In this document: piece by piece, positions 1 through 8,245 of the stretch
How positions within the stretch are numbered: the stretch's first letter is position 1
Layout of the letters: the number at the start of each line of letters is the position of its first letter
DNA from: Ignavibacteriales bacterium
GTDB lineage: Bacteria; Bacteroidota; Ignavibacteria; UBA10030; UBA8401
Length of the DNA stretch: 64,000 nt
NCBI GenBank assembly: GCA_026390635.1
Contig: JAPLFO010000149.1
Coordinates: forward strand, 16,075 to 80,074
Direction of reading: 5' to 3'
Translations under genes and position numbers: made by a program
Notes under the pieces: model-generated
The model's input: the letters and a program-made list of their open reading frames with translations, nothing else
Database searches by the model: none
What the model was told of the DNA's origin: nothing

Positions 1-2021
1 TTGAGCGTGAGCGTACCCTTGCCGGGGCCGCCGGCGTTGGACGCCGTGAGGTCAATCGGGAAAGTGCCCACGATGTTGGGCAACGTGCCCGAGATCGCGC
101 CGGTGGAAGCGTTCACGGCCAGGCCGGCGGGCAGACCCGCGGCGGCGTAGGCCGTCGGCGAATTTGTGGCGACGATCTGGTAGCTGAACGCGCTGCCGCA
201 GGAGCCGCTCTTCGACTCGCTCGTGACGACCGGCGCGGACACGGCGTCGTCAATGGTTACCGTGTTGGTAACCTGGCCGCCGAAATAGAGGCGTGATGCC
301 TGAAAGAAGGTCAACGTGTAGGTCTGGCCGGCGACCAATGGAAGCGTGCTGGTGGCCTTGATCTTCCCCAGAGTTCCGAAGACAGCCTGCAGGTAGGCAT
401 ATTGATAAGTTCCGTCCGCCGACCCGAGCCCCTGGGCGTCCAAGCCCCAGTTTGCAGGAGAACCGTTGAGAATGCCGCTGTAGTTATTGAAGGCCCAGTT
501 GCCGAAAACGGCCGCGCCACCGTTGGCTGAAACTCCCGCGTTCGTGCCGAGGACCGGCGTCTCGAAGCCGTCTGAGAACGCGGTCGTCGCGCCATTGGTG
601 ATTTTCACGGCGTCGATGAGGATGGCGTTGTCGCCCGAGGGACCACCGGCGATGAGATTGAAACCGAGGGTATAGTTGCCCGAGTGTGTGGGAATGAAGT
701 TCACGGTGTATTTCTTCCAACCCTCCGCGGTCGCGGTCGTGCGGGTGAAGATTACCGGGGGAATCGCCGGCGGAGGTCCGAACGGCGTGGTGTTCGTCAG
801 CAAGTCGAAGTTCTGGCCGCCGTAGCCGTTGGGGCTGACTGAGGCGATGTCGGGCTTGCCGTCGCCAGTGAAATCGGCCAAAGTCACATCAACTGCATTC
901 GGAATAGTGCCAAAAAGAGAGGGCGCGCTCAAGGTTCCGTCCCCGTTTCCGGTCAGGATCGCAACCTTACCGGCAGCGTTGAGACTCGCGGCCACATCCA
1001 GATTTCCATCACCGTTGACATCGGCTACGAAAAACCCAGTCGGCCAATTGGCAGCCCCAGAGGGAAAGTTCGCTGGACTCCCGAAAGTTCCGTTGCCATT
1101 GCCAAGATAGACGGACACCGATCCGTCGCTAAGGCCCTCAATGAGATCCGGCTTGCCGTCCTTGTTTAGATCCGCTACCGCAATGCAGGACGCGGCCGGG
1201 CTGAGAATAATCGGCGCCTGCAGCGTGCCGTCCCCGTTTCCGATGAAGAGATCAGTCGCGTTGGCCTGTCCACTGGTCACAACAAAGTCAGCCTTGCCGT
1301 CTCCGTTTACGTCCACGATGACGCCCTGTCCGACGGCGGGACCGCCCGCATTCGGCATGATGCTGGTCACCTGTCCGGGAGTGAACGTGCCATCTCCATT
1401 ATTCTGATAAATATATAAGCCGGCGTAGGCGCTGCCGACGATGATATCCGGCTTACCATCACCATTCAGGTCGCCGACCGTCAGAGAGCGCACATCATAA
1501 AAACCGAGGTAATAGTTCGTGGTGGAAAACTGGGGCACCCCATTGACATCGTTGCCCGTGTTGATGAGCACGGTTACCAGGCTGTAAGGACCATAATTGA
1601 TATGCACCGTCGTTACGCAGACGGCATCGAGCTTCCCGTCCCCGTTCACATCGGCGGACTTTACTAACATGTAACCGTCAATGGCCTTAGGCATGTATTG
1701 GACGAGACTTCCGGGCAAGTTGACCATGTTGCCCGTCGTCATCTGATCTGCGTTGATGTCAAACTTCTGGAATGTGCCGTTGCCGTTGCCATACATGAAT
1801 CGGGCACTGGGGGAGCCGTCGACGATGAAGGCGTCCAATTTGCCGTCACCGTTAAAGTCGCCAACCGCGGCTGGCCTGGGCGGCTGCCAGGGCGCGCTAC
1901 CTGTCGGAGTTGCGATGATGGTATTGAACGTGGGCGCTTGCGCAACGGTACGAGCTGGAACCGCGGCAAGCGCCGCTATCCCCGCCAGCAAGAGAACCCA
2001 ACTGCGTAGATTTCTTTTCAT
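1..2021 (-). CDS. Secreted FG-GAP/VCBS-repeat protein with putative Ig (He_PIG-like) domain; runs off the left edge
   Basis: Absent from the ORF track because no stop was called in the window. ATG at 2021 with GGAGG upstream. Segments translated by hand give MKRNLRSWVLLLAGIAALAAVPA (signal peptide), repeated GDFNGDGKLD / ADVNGDGKLD motifs, and GLPAGLAVNASTGAISGT near the edge in the same frame. Confidence 0.85.
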   Translation of the reverse strand, partial: MKRNLRSWVLLLAGIAALAAVPARTVAQAPTFNTIIATPTGSAPWQPPRPAAVGDFNGDGKLDAFIVDGSPSARFMYGNGNGTFQKFDINADQMTTGNMVNLPGSLVQYMPKAIDGYMLVKSADVNGDGKLDAVCVTTVHINYGPYSLVTVLINTGNDVNGVPQFSTTNYYLGFYDVRSLTVGDLNGDGKPDIIVGSAYAGLYIYQNNGDGTFTPGQVTSIMPNAGGPAVGQGVIVDVNGDGKADFVVTSGQANATDLFIGNGDGTLQAPIILSPAASCIAVADLNKDGKPDLIEGLSDGSVSVYLGNGNGTFGSPANFPSGAANWPTGFFVADVNGDGNLDVAASLNAAGKVAILTGNGDGTLSAPSLFGTIPNAVDVTLADFTGDGKPDIASVSPNGYGGQNFDLLTNTTPFGPPPAIPPVIFTRTTATAEGWKKYTVNFIPTHSGNYTLGFNLIAGGPSGDNAILIDAVKITNGATTAFSDGFETPVLGTNAGVSANGGAAVFGNWAFNNYSGILNGSPANWGLDAQGLGSADGTYQYAYLQAVFGTLGKIKATSTLPLVAGQTYTLTFFQASRLYFGGQVTNTVTIDDAVSAPVVTSESKSGSCGSAFSYQIVATNSPTAYAAAGLPAGLAVNASTGAISGTLPNIVGTFPIDLTASNAGGPGKGTLTL

Positions 2022-2440
2022 AGTGCAAACCTCCAATTTGGTTGATTATTTAAGTGGATTTATGATGTCAACTAAAATAATGAACTAAATGAAATCCAAA
2101 AAGGTTCCCGAAAAGACCAACGGACTACGGCTCCTGACGGTTCGGATTCGAATAGGCCGTGAATACGTGCGAATTGTCTGCTGGAAAAGCAGGAGTCATA
2201 ATGTAGCCAGGGGAGCTCGAGGGAACAGAATCGAAGGCGCTACAACGCAGAGCTGCATATCTCAACAGGTCAGCCGCCTAAAGGAAACTGGCAGGGACTG
2301 CCTTGTCCGTCCCTTTCGTGCACCCCAAAATCCCTTTTCTTCCAAAAGGACTAACGTTGGAGTCCTCTTCCAGTATATTGGTGCAGACTCGGATCAGAGA
2401 ACCGGGCATGAGAGAAAACGCAAACTTAGGAAGACCTATA

Positions 2441-2575
2441 ATGATAGTAGAACAGTTCGAACGACGGTATAACCCCGATAGGCTCCGCGTGATTGCTTTT
2501 TCCATCCTGATCTTCTTCCACGCAGGGATGATCGCGACAAGACCGACAACCGCTCCTCCGGTAATTGATTTGTAG
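2441..2575 (+). pseudogene. N-terminal remnant of an acyltransferase-3 (OpgC/MdoC-like) gene
   Basis: MIVEQFERRYNPDRLRVIAFSILIFFHAGM resembles the family start RRYDLDWLRVIAFxLLIFYHxGM; truncated after about 30 codons. Confidence 0.55.
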
Positions 2576-2589
2576 ATACTCCATTATTG

Positions 2590-2936
2590 ACTGAAGCCTC
2601 TGTTCTTTTTGTAACATTTCTGATCCATGTACGACTAGCGTCGATAGATCTGGAAAGATCGGCTCACGTAGAAAAATCCCCGCTTTGATGTCGACAACTT
2701 TACTCCTGCGCAAGAGCCGGATAGTCAATTGTTATCCTCAGAAATTTTGCTTGGACTTCCGGCTGAATCAGACCGGCATCCCTCAATTCAATTACGTCTG
2801 ATTGATGAAGGTTCAGATAGCAGGGTAATCGGCGGTTGTCGATGAATATTTTCTTTGCTCCCTTATACTTATTGGTGAAAACAACAGGAATTTCGAATAA
2901 AAGCTTGATAGAATCCTCGTGTTTGGCGCGGAGCCA
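2590..2936 (-). pseudogene. Degenerate reading frame ending in a helix-turn-helix, copy 1
   Basis: One frame reads WLRAKHEDSIKLLFEIPVVF...IDYPALAQE*SCRHQSGDFST*ADLSRSIDASRTWIRNV, with two in-frame stops. Homologous to 10480-10794. Confidence 0.6.
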
Positions 2937-3140
2937 GAAAAACCCGATCGAGAGATCGGGTTTTTTGTTTAGTGCCTGTTGTAAGCTGACGAGTCCAGAT
3001 GAAATCTGGACGACGAAGTCCCGCGCTCTTTTTGCGGGATATGAGTCCTTTCGTGACGAAGCGGAGACAAAGCCTCTGGTGATCTGTCCGAGGCTTTGCC
3101 ATGTACGCATGGTTGTCCCGTATCACGGGATCCGCAGGGC
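2914..3140 (+). repeat. Dispersed repeat copy 1: tRNA-3'-end-like CGCGGAGCCA, intrinsic terminator and stacked hairpins
   Basis: 2914-2945 is identical over 32 nt to 10772-10803. Hairpin AAAAACCCGATC-GAGA-GATCGGGTTTTT at 2938-2965. Similarity continues for roughly 150 nt more. Confidence 0.85.
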
Positions 3141-3516
3141 AAATCGCCTGTTTCAGAGTCCACTATTTTATCCTGCTCCCATTCAGCATTGCAGCCCCGC
3201 GTCACCCCAAGGAAATAAATGAAAAATCTGTTCAACTTTTGTCCTGCATATATAGTCTATCCTTAAATATTCTATCATCGCTCAATAAGTATTGATCACC
3301 ATCGGAATTTCGGGATATTTCTTTATATAATGGGTAGAACTATTGCTGCATCATAGCCAGTGCGATTCTTTTTCAATCGTTTATGCCCGGGACGCACATC
3401 CTAGAAAACAATTTCTTTGGCGATTTTCCGGATTTGCAGACAACGGCGGTATGAGTATTGCGGCAGTCTCAAAATATATTTTGTGAAATCTATCACGCAT
3501 CGTCAAGGGACGAAAA

Positions 3517-5109
3517 ATGTTTATTCGCTACATCATTGCAGCATCTATGGGAATATTCTTCGGTTCAGCAGGGGTCGGTCAGACCTATAAAATTGTCGAT
3601 GCAGGTCAGGCGAAGTGCTTCGATTCAATAAAAGTAATTGCCCCGCCGTCTCCCGGAAAACCATTTTATGGACAGGATGCACAGTATTCCGGCAATCTTT
3701 CCAGCTATACGATCGGCGCGGACGGAAAAACAGTTTATGACAATACTGCGAACCTGACATGGATGCGCAGCCCGAATATGACCTACACCCCTCCGGTGAA
3801 GACAGACAGAATGAGCTATGCGGCTGGCCTGCGGTGGGTTACCGCCGTCAATGCGTCCAACCATGGCGGCTTCAATGATTGGCGAATCCCGACCATCAAA
3901 GAGCTCTATTCATTATATAGCGGCAAGGGCACAGATCCGGGCGGTTCGGCTTCATCAGCAGGTCTGACACCGTATATTGATTCAAGCTATTTCAAATTTG
4001 CTTATGGGAATACGGCGCTTGGAGAACGTGTTATTGACCAGCAGTACATGTCCGGCAACATTTTCATTATGAGTCCCAGTGAATCCGGATATGCAAAAGA
4101 TTTCGGTGTAAACTTCGCTGATGGAAGAATAAAAGGGTATGATACCGTTGATGCACTGGCCCATCAGATCAAAACTTTCTATGTGCAGTTGGTGAGGGGC
4201 GCGACAACGTACGGCATTAATAATTTCACGGATAATGGCGACCAGACAATCACCGATAATGCCGCCGGTTTAATGTGGGCAAAGAATGATAATGGATCAG
4301 GCCTTTGCTGGATAGATGCTTTGGCGTGGGTGCAGACAAAGAATGCCGAAAATTACCTTGGCCATAATGATTGGAGAATGCCCGACATTAAAGAATTGCA
4401 GAGTATTGTCGATTATTCGCACTCTCCAGACTTTGACAAACTGCCGGCAATCAACTCGAAGTTTTTCAATTGCAGTCCAATAATAAATGAAGCTGGACAG
4501 CCCGATTTTCCTTATTACTGGTCAGGGACAACTCATGAAGGATATGCGACAAATAATACCGGGGGAGGTGAAGCCGACTACATTGCTTTCGGGCGCGCGT
4601 TGGGCTGGCCGACTACTCAAGCATCCTGGGTTGACGTGCATGGCGCAGGCTGTCAGCGCAGCGATCCAAAGGTGGGTCCGCCATATGCTTATGCCGATGT
4701 TAAAACGGTTACAGTATACGGTGTCAGCTATACCGGCTATTCGCATGGACCGCAGGGTGATGCGATCCGCGGGGCCAATTATGTCCGCATTGTACGCACC
4801 GTCAACAAAGCGAGTGGATTCCATAATGGTCCGACATCACCATCACATTTTGAACTTGAACAGAATTTTCCAAACCCCTTTAATCCGACAACGATAATTC
4901 GATTTACGGTTCCTCTCACCGGAAAAACGATGTTGAGGGTGTTTAACTCGCTCGGGCAGCGCGTTGCCATTTTGTACGATGGCATAGCTGACGCGGCCAT
5001 CGACCATCAGGTGCAGTTTAGCGCATCGTATCTGCCGTCAGGCATCTACTTCTCGCGGCTGGAGCATGATGGAAAGGTGCAGTCGAAGAAAATGCAACTG
5101 CTCAAGTGA
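3517..5109 (+). CDS. Secreted double DUF1566 (Lcl C-terminal) domain protein with T9SS-type CTD
   Basis: Signal peptide; two DNxxxLxW...GxNDWRxPxIKEL units; YVRIVR; QNFPNPFNP CTD. Confidence 0.85.
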   Translation: MFIRYIIAASMGIFFGSAGVGQTYKIVDAGQAKCFDSIKVIAPPSPGKPFYGQDAQYSGNLSSYTIGADGKTVYDNTANLTWMRSPNMTYTPPVKTDRMSYAAGLRWVTAVNASNHGGFNDWRIPTIKELYSLYSGKGTDPGGSASSAGLTPYIDSSYFKFAYGNTALGERVIDQQYMSGNIFIMSPSESGYAKDFGVNFADGRIKGYDTVDALAHQIKTFYVQLVRGATTYGINNFTDNGDQTITDNAAGLMWAKNDNGSGLCWIDALAWVQTKNAENYLGHNDWRMPDIKELQSIVDYSHSPDFDKLPAINSKFFNCSPIINEAGQPDFPYYWSGTTHEGYATNNTGGGEADYIAFGRALGWPTTQASWVDVHGAGCQRSDPKVGPPYAYADVKTVTVYGVSYTGYSHGPQGDAIRGANYVRIVRTVNKASGFHNGPTSPSHFELEQNFPNPFNPTTIIRFTVPLTGKTMLRVFNSLGQRVAILYDGIADAAIDHQVQFSASYLPSGIYFSRLEHDGKVQSKKMQLLK

Positions 5110-5184
5110 GAACAACTTAGAATGAAAAAATGAAGACGCAAATATGAAACCGAAATCATTTTTTTACTAATCGAATCGAATTGC

Positions 5185-6672
5185 ATGGAGAGAACTGATT
5201 TTTATAAAGCAATGGCTTCTCTTATTATTACCATATTCTCGAGCCTCTCTGCGTTGTGCCAGACGTATAAAGTTGTCGATACCGGCGTTCATGAGTTTTA
5301 CGGTGACAGTACTATTATTTCCGTCCCGAAACCAGGTGATCCTTTTTATGGACAGGATGCTGCATATCAGGGTAACGAGCCCTCTTATGTTAATAATGGA
5401 GATGGCACGGTTACTGATAATGTCACCGGATTGATGTGGCAGAAAGACATGGGCGCCAAGATCTCCTATAGCGCGGCTTTTACGAAAGCAGACACCATGA
5501 CACTGGGAGGCTTCACTGATTGGCGCGTCCCGACAATAAAGGAACTGTATTCCCTGATTCTTTTTACGGGACGCAGCGGCGGAACTGCTTCTGTCAGAAA
5601 GTATATTGACTCCGCCTATTTTAATCAGCCGATCGGAAATACGGCAATCGGTGAGCGGGAGATCGATGCGCAGACCTGGTCTTCAACCCAATACAAGGGT
5701 CTAACCATGGCTGGTGATTCTACTGTCTTTGGAGTAAATTTTATTGACGGAAGAATAAAGGGATATCCAAAATATCAACCCGGCAGCGGAAACACCACGC
5801 CCAATACAATGTATTTTCGGATGGTGCGCGGAAACTTCAGCTATGGAATTAACAAATTTGTGAATAATGGCGACGGCACCATTGCCGATAATGCGACCGG
5901 ATTGATGTGGCAGCAAGCCGATGATGGAGTTGCACGCGATTGGAAATCCTCGTTGGCATACGCGGAGAACCTCACTCTCGCTAGCTATTCTGACTGGCGC
6001 CTGCCAAATGCTAAAGAATTGCAGAGTATTGTTGACTACACAAGAAGTCCTTCTTCTACAAATTCACCGGCAATAGATCCGCTTTTTTCAACGACGAGCA
6101 TCAAGGATCCCAATGGAACTGCCGGACAGTATCCATATTTCTGGACAAGCACCACTCATCTGGACGGTGTTAATCCGTATAGTCCCGCTGTCTATATCGC
6201 ATTCGGCAAGGCCCAGGGAAAAATGAACAGCACATTATTGGATGTTCACGGCGCGGGCGCGCAGAGAAGCGATCCCAAGTACGGTAATGCTGCCGACTAT
6301 CCTCAATATATGGGACCCCAGGGCGACGTTCGCTATGTGTTTAACTATGTCCGGTGTGTGAGAAGCAGCAGCCGTTCCACCGGAGCGGTTGAACAGCAAT
6401 CATCCCCTTCCGGATTTGTACTTGATCAGAACTTTCCCAACCCATTCAACCCGACGACCGCGGTTACATACGAACTGACGGTTACGAGTCGGGTCCGGCT
6501 CGTCATCTACGACATGCTCGGCCGGGAGCTCACCGTGTTAAAGAACGAACAGATGCCGCGAGGGACGTACACCGTTACTTGGAATGCGGCGGATATGCCC
6601 ACCGGAACATATTTCTGTTCATTGACAACCGGGAGCTTCTCGCAGACGCGACGGATGATGCTGATGAAGTGA
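5185..6672 (+). CDS. Secreted double DUF1566 (Lcl C-terminal) domain protein with T9SS-type CTD, paralog of the upstream gene
   Basis: NNGDGTVTDNVTGLMWQ, DWRVPTIKEL, DWRLPNAKELQS, YVRCVR, QNFPNPFNP. Confidence 0.88.
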   Translation: MERTDFYKAMASLIITIFSSLSALCQTYKVVDTGVHEFYGDSTIISVPKPGDPFYGQDAAYQGNEPSYVNNGDGTVTDNVTGLMWQKDMGAKISYSAAFTKADTMTLGGFTDWRVPTIKELYSLILFTGRSGGTASVRKYIDSAYFNQPIGNTAIGEREIDAQTWSSTQYKGLTMAGDSTVFGVNFIDGRIKGYPKYQPGSGNTTPNTMYFRMVRGNFSYGINKFVNNGDGTIADNATGLMWQQADDGVARDWKSSLAYAENLTLASYSDWRLPNAKELQSIVDYTRSPSSTNSPAIDPLFSTTSIKDPNGTAGQYPYFWTSTTHLDGVNPYSPAVYIAFGKAQGKMNSTLLDVHGAGAQRSDPKYGNAADYPQYMGPQGDVRYVFNYVRCVRSSSRSTGAVEQQSSPSGFVLDQNFPNPFNPTTAVTYELTVTSRVRLVIYDMLGRELTVLKNEQMPRGTYTVTWNAADMPTGTYFCSLTTGSFSQTRRMMLMK

Positions 6673-7016
6673 TTTTTGTGATAGTGTACCGATTGATCAT
6701 CCGCTTCGTTCATAGGCGAAAATATTTTCATCACGGCATAATGATGGAGTCAGAATATAGCCCCTGCGCAGGAATTGCAACAATGCTCCTCAAAAATATG
6801 TTCGTCTCGAAAAGAGTTTTCATGTAGCTGTGTGTCCTGCCCCCCCCCCAAAAAAAGGCCTGTAAAAACGAGAGCTTTCCTGAATCGCGTAAAAATTGTA
6901 TAATAGTCGGAGAAGAGAAGCAGCGTTGAATAACCCACGTGGAATTCATCAAATGAATCTTGGGATGTTGACTCGTTAGACAGTTCCTGCTCCCACCGCC
7001 CCGTTGAAAGCCGGAT

Positions 7017-8240
7017 ATGAAAAATATTCTTTTCCTTTTGGGAATATGTATCTGGTCCACCCACGCTCAAACCTTCCCGGTCTATGTTGTCCTGTTCACG
7101 CATATCGAGGACAACACACCGATCGGAATGCTTGGCAGCCAACAATCTAAAGACAATTATACATTAGTCCGAAACCGGCTGATTGAAATGGCGAATCTTG
7201 CCCATGTCAACAATGTGAGCTGGTCGCTTCAGCCCGACTGGAAAATACTGCTGGCGGCATTGATGTATGAAGACTCCCTGATGAAATCGCCGACGAAAGG
7301 AAAGAATTTTCTCCGCTATCTCAAAGAAGATCTCGGTGCAGCAATAGATGCCCATTCTCATGAAAGCTACGGCTATAACTACACCGATGTCGCGAATCTT
7401 CTCGATTCGCTCGGTGTCGGAGGCAGCACTGTCATCGGCGGCCATATATGGGATCCGACGCTGCCGCAATTTGCCTATTGGGACCGGTTCCGAGTTCCTG
7501 TGTACGGGCAGCAATATCCGTGGGCCGTCTGGCGAGGGAATATTCTCATGGGAAGCGGCACACCGAATCATGTGAACGATCCGGTCATAAGCGGCGTCTG
7601 GCGCCCCAAAGACCGCTACCACTATTTTGTCGACGACACTGCCGGAAATATTATCTGTATCGGACAATATAAGAGCGATATCGCAGGAATCGGCGAGTTG
7701 ATCGCACTCTATGCGAATGGAATCATTCCGGGCGAGGCCATGCTCACCTCGTCATATCACATTAAACCGGCCGATATAACCGCTGCCGGTGGCATCGCGC
7801 TGATCGACAGCACGGTTATCAAGCCATTATCTGTGCTGCGCCGTCAGAACAAAATCCGGTTGACGGATTTTACATCGCTCGTCCTTGATTGGAAGACGTT
7901 GTACGGATCGCGGGCAACGCTGTATGATCCGGGCAATGCTACGGCTGTCCGCGATGGAGATTCCGCTCCAGAGAGTTTTGCGGTATTTCAAAACTTTCCC
8001 AATCCCTTTAATCCGTCAACATCAATTTGCTATCGGCTGCCCGAGCGATGTTTTGTCTCGCTTCGTGTTTTCGATCTTTTGGGAAGGGATGTTGCTTCTT
8101 TGGTGACTGCGGAGCAGGATGGCGGCATGCATCAGGTGCTGTTCTCGGGAGAGGGGCCGGCATTTCCGAGTGGCATTTATTGGTATCAGTTGCGCGCCGG
8201 GAATCATTCCATCACAAAATGCATGACACTGCTGAAGTGA
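7017..8240 (+). CDS. Secreted protein with CTD; N-terminal domain possibly a NodB/deacetylase-like barrel
   Basis: Signal peptide; THIED and IDAHSHE His motifs; QNFPNPFNP CTD. Confidence 0.7.
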   Translation: MKNILFLLGICIWSTHAQTFPVYVVLFTHIEDNTPIGMLGSQQSKDNYTLVRNRLIEMANLAHVNNVSWSLQPDWKILLAALMYEDSLMKSPTKGKNFLRYLKEDLGAAIDAHSHESYGYNYTDVANLLDSLGVGGSTVIGGHIWDPTLPQFAYWDRFRVPVYGQQYPWAVWRGNILMGSGTPNHVNDPVISGVWRPKDRYHYFVDDTAGNIICIGQYKSDIAGIGELIALYANGIIPGEAMLTSSYHIKPADITAAGGIALIDSTVIKPLSVLRRQNKIRLTDFTSLVLDWKTLYGSRATLYDPGNATAVRDGDSAPESFAVFQNFPNPFNPSTSICYRLPERCFVSLRVFDLLGRDVASLVTAEQDGGMHQVLFSGEGPAFPSGIYWYQLRAGNHSITKCMTLLK

Positions 8241-8245
8241 ACACC

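Noticed and set aside
2426-2728. 100-aa minus-strand ORF as the continuation of the 2700-3110 ORF
   Set aside because: Comparison with the second copy shows the conserved HTH continues in the original frame through stop codons, so this ORF is off-frame.
2880-2940. Intact tRNA gene
   Set aside because: Only an acceptor-end-like 10-mer is present; no T-loop, anticodon or D arm upstream. No tRNA or rRNA was recognised anywhere in the window.
2986-3020. Hammerhead ribozyme (CTGACGA followed by a stem)
   Set aside because: The stem is followed by GACG rather than the required GAAA, and the second copy lacks CTGANGA.
3517-6672. Diversity-generating retroelement targeting the DUF1566 genes
   Set aside because: No reverse transcriptase and no adenine-variant template repeat seen in the window; the two genes differ throughout like old paralogs.
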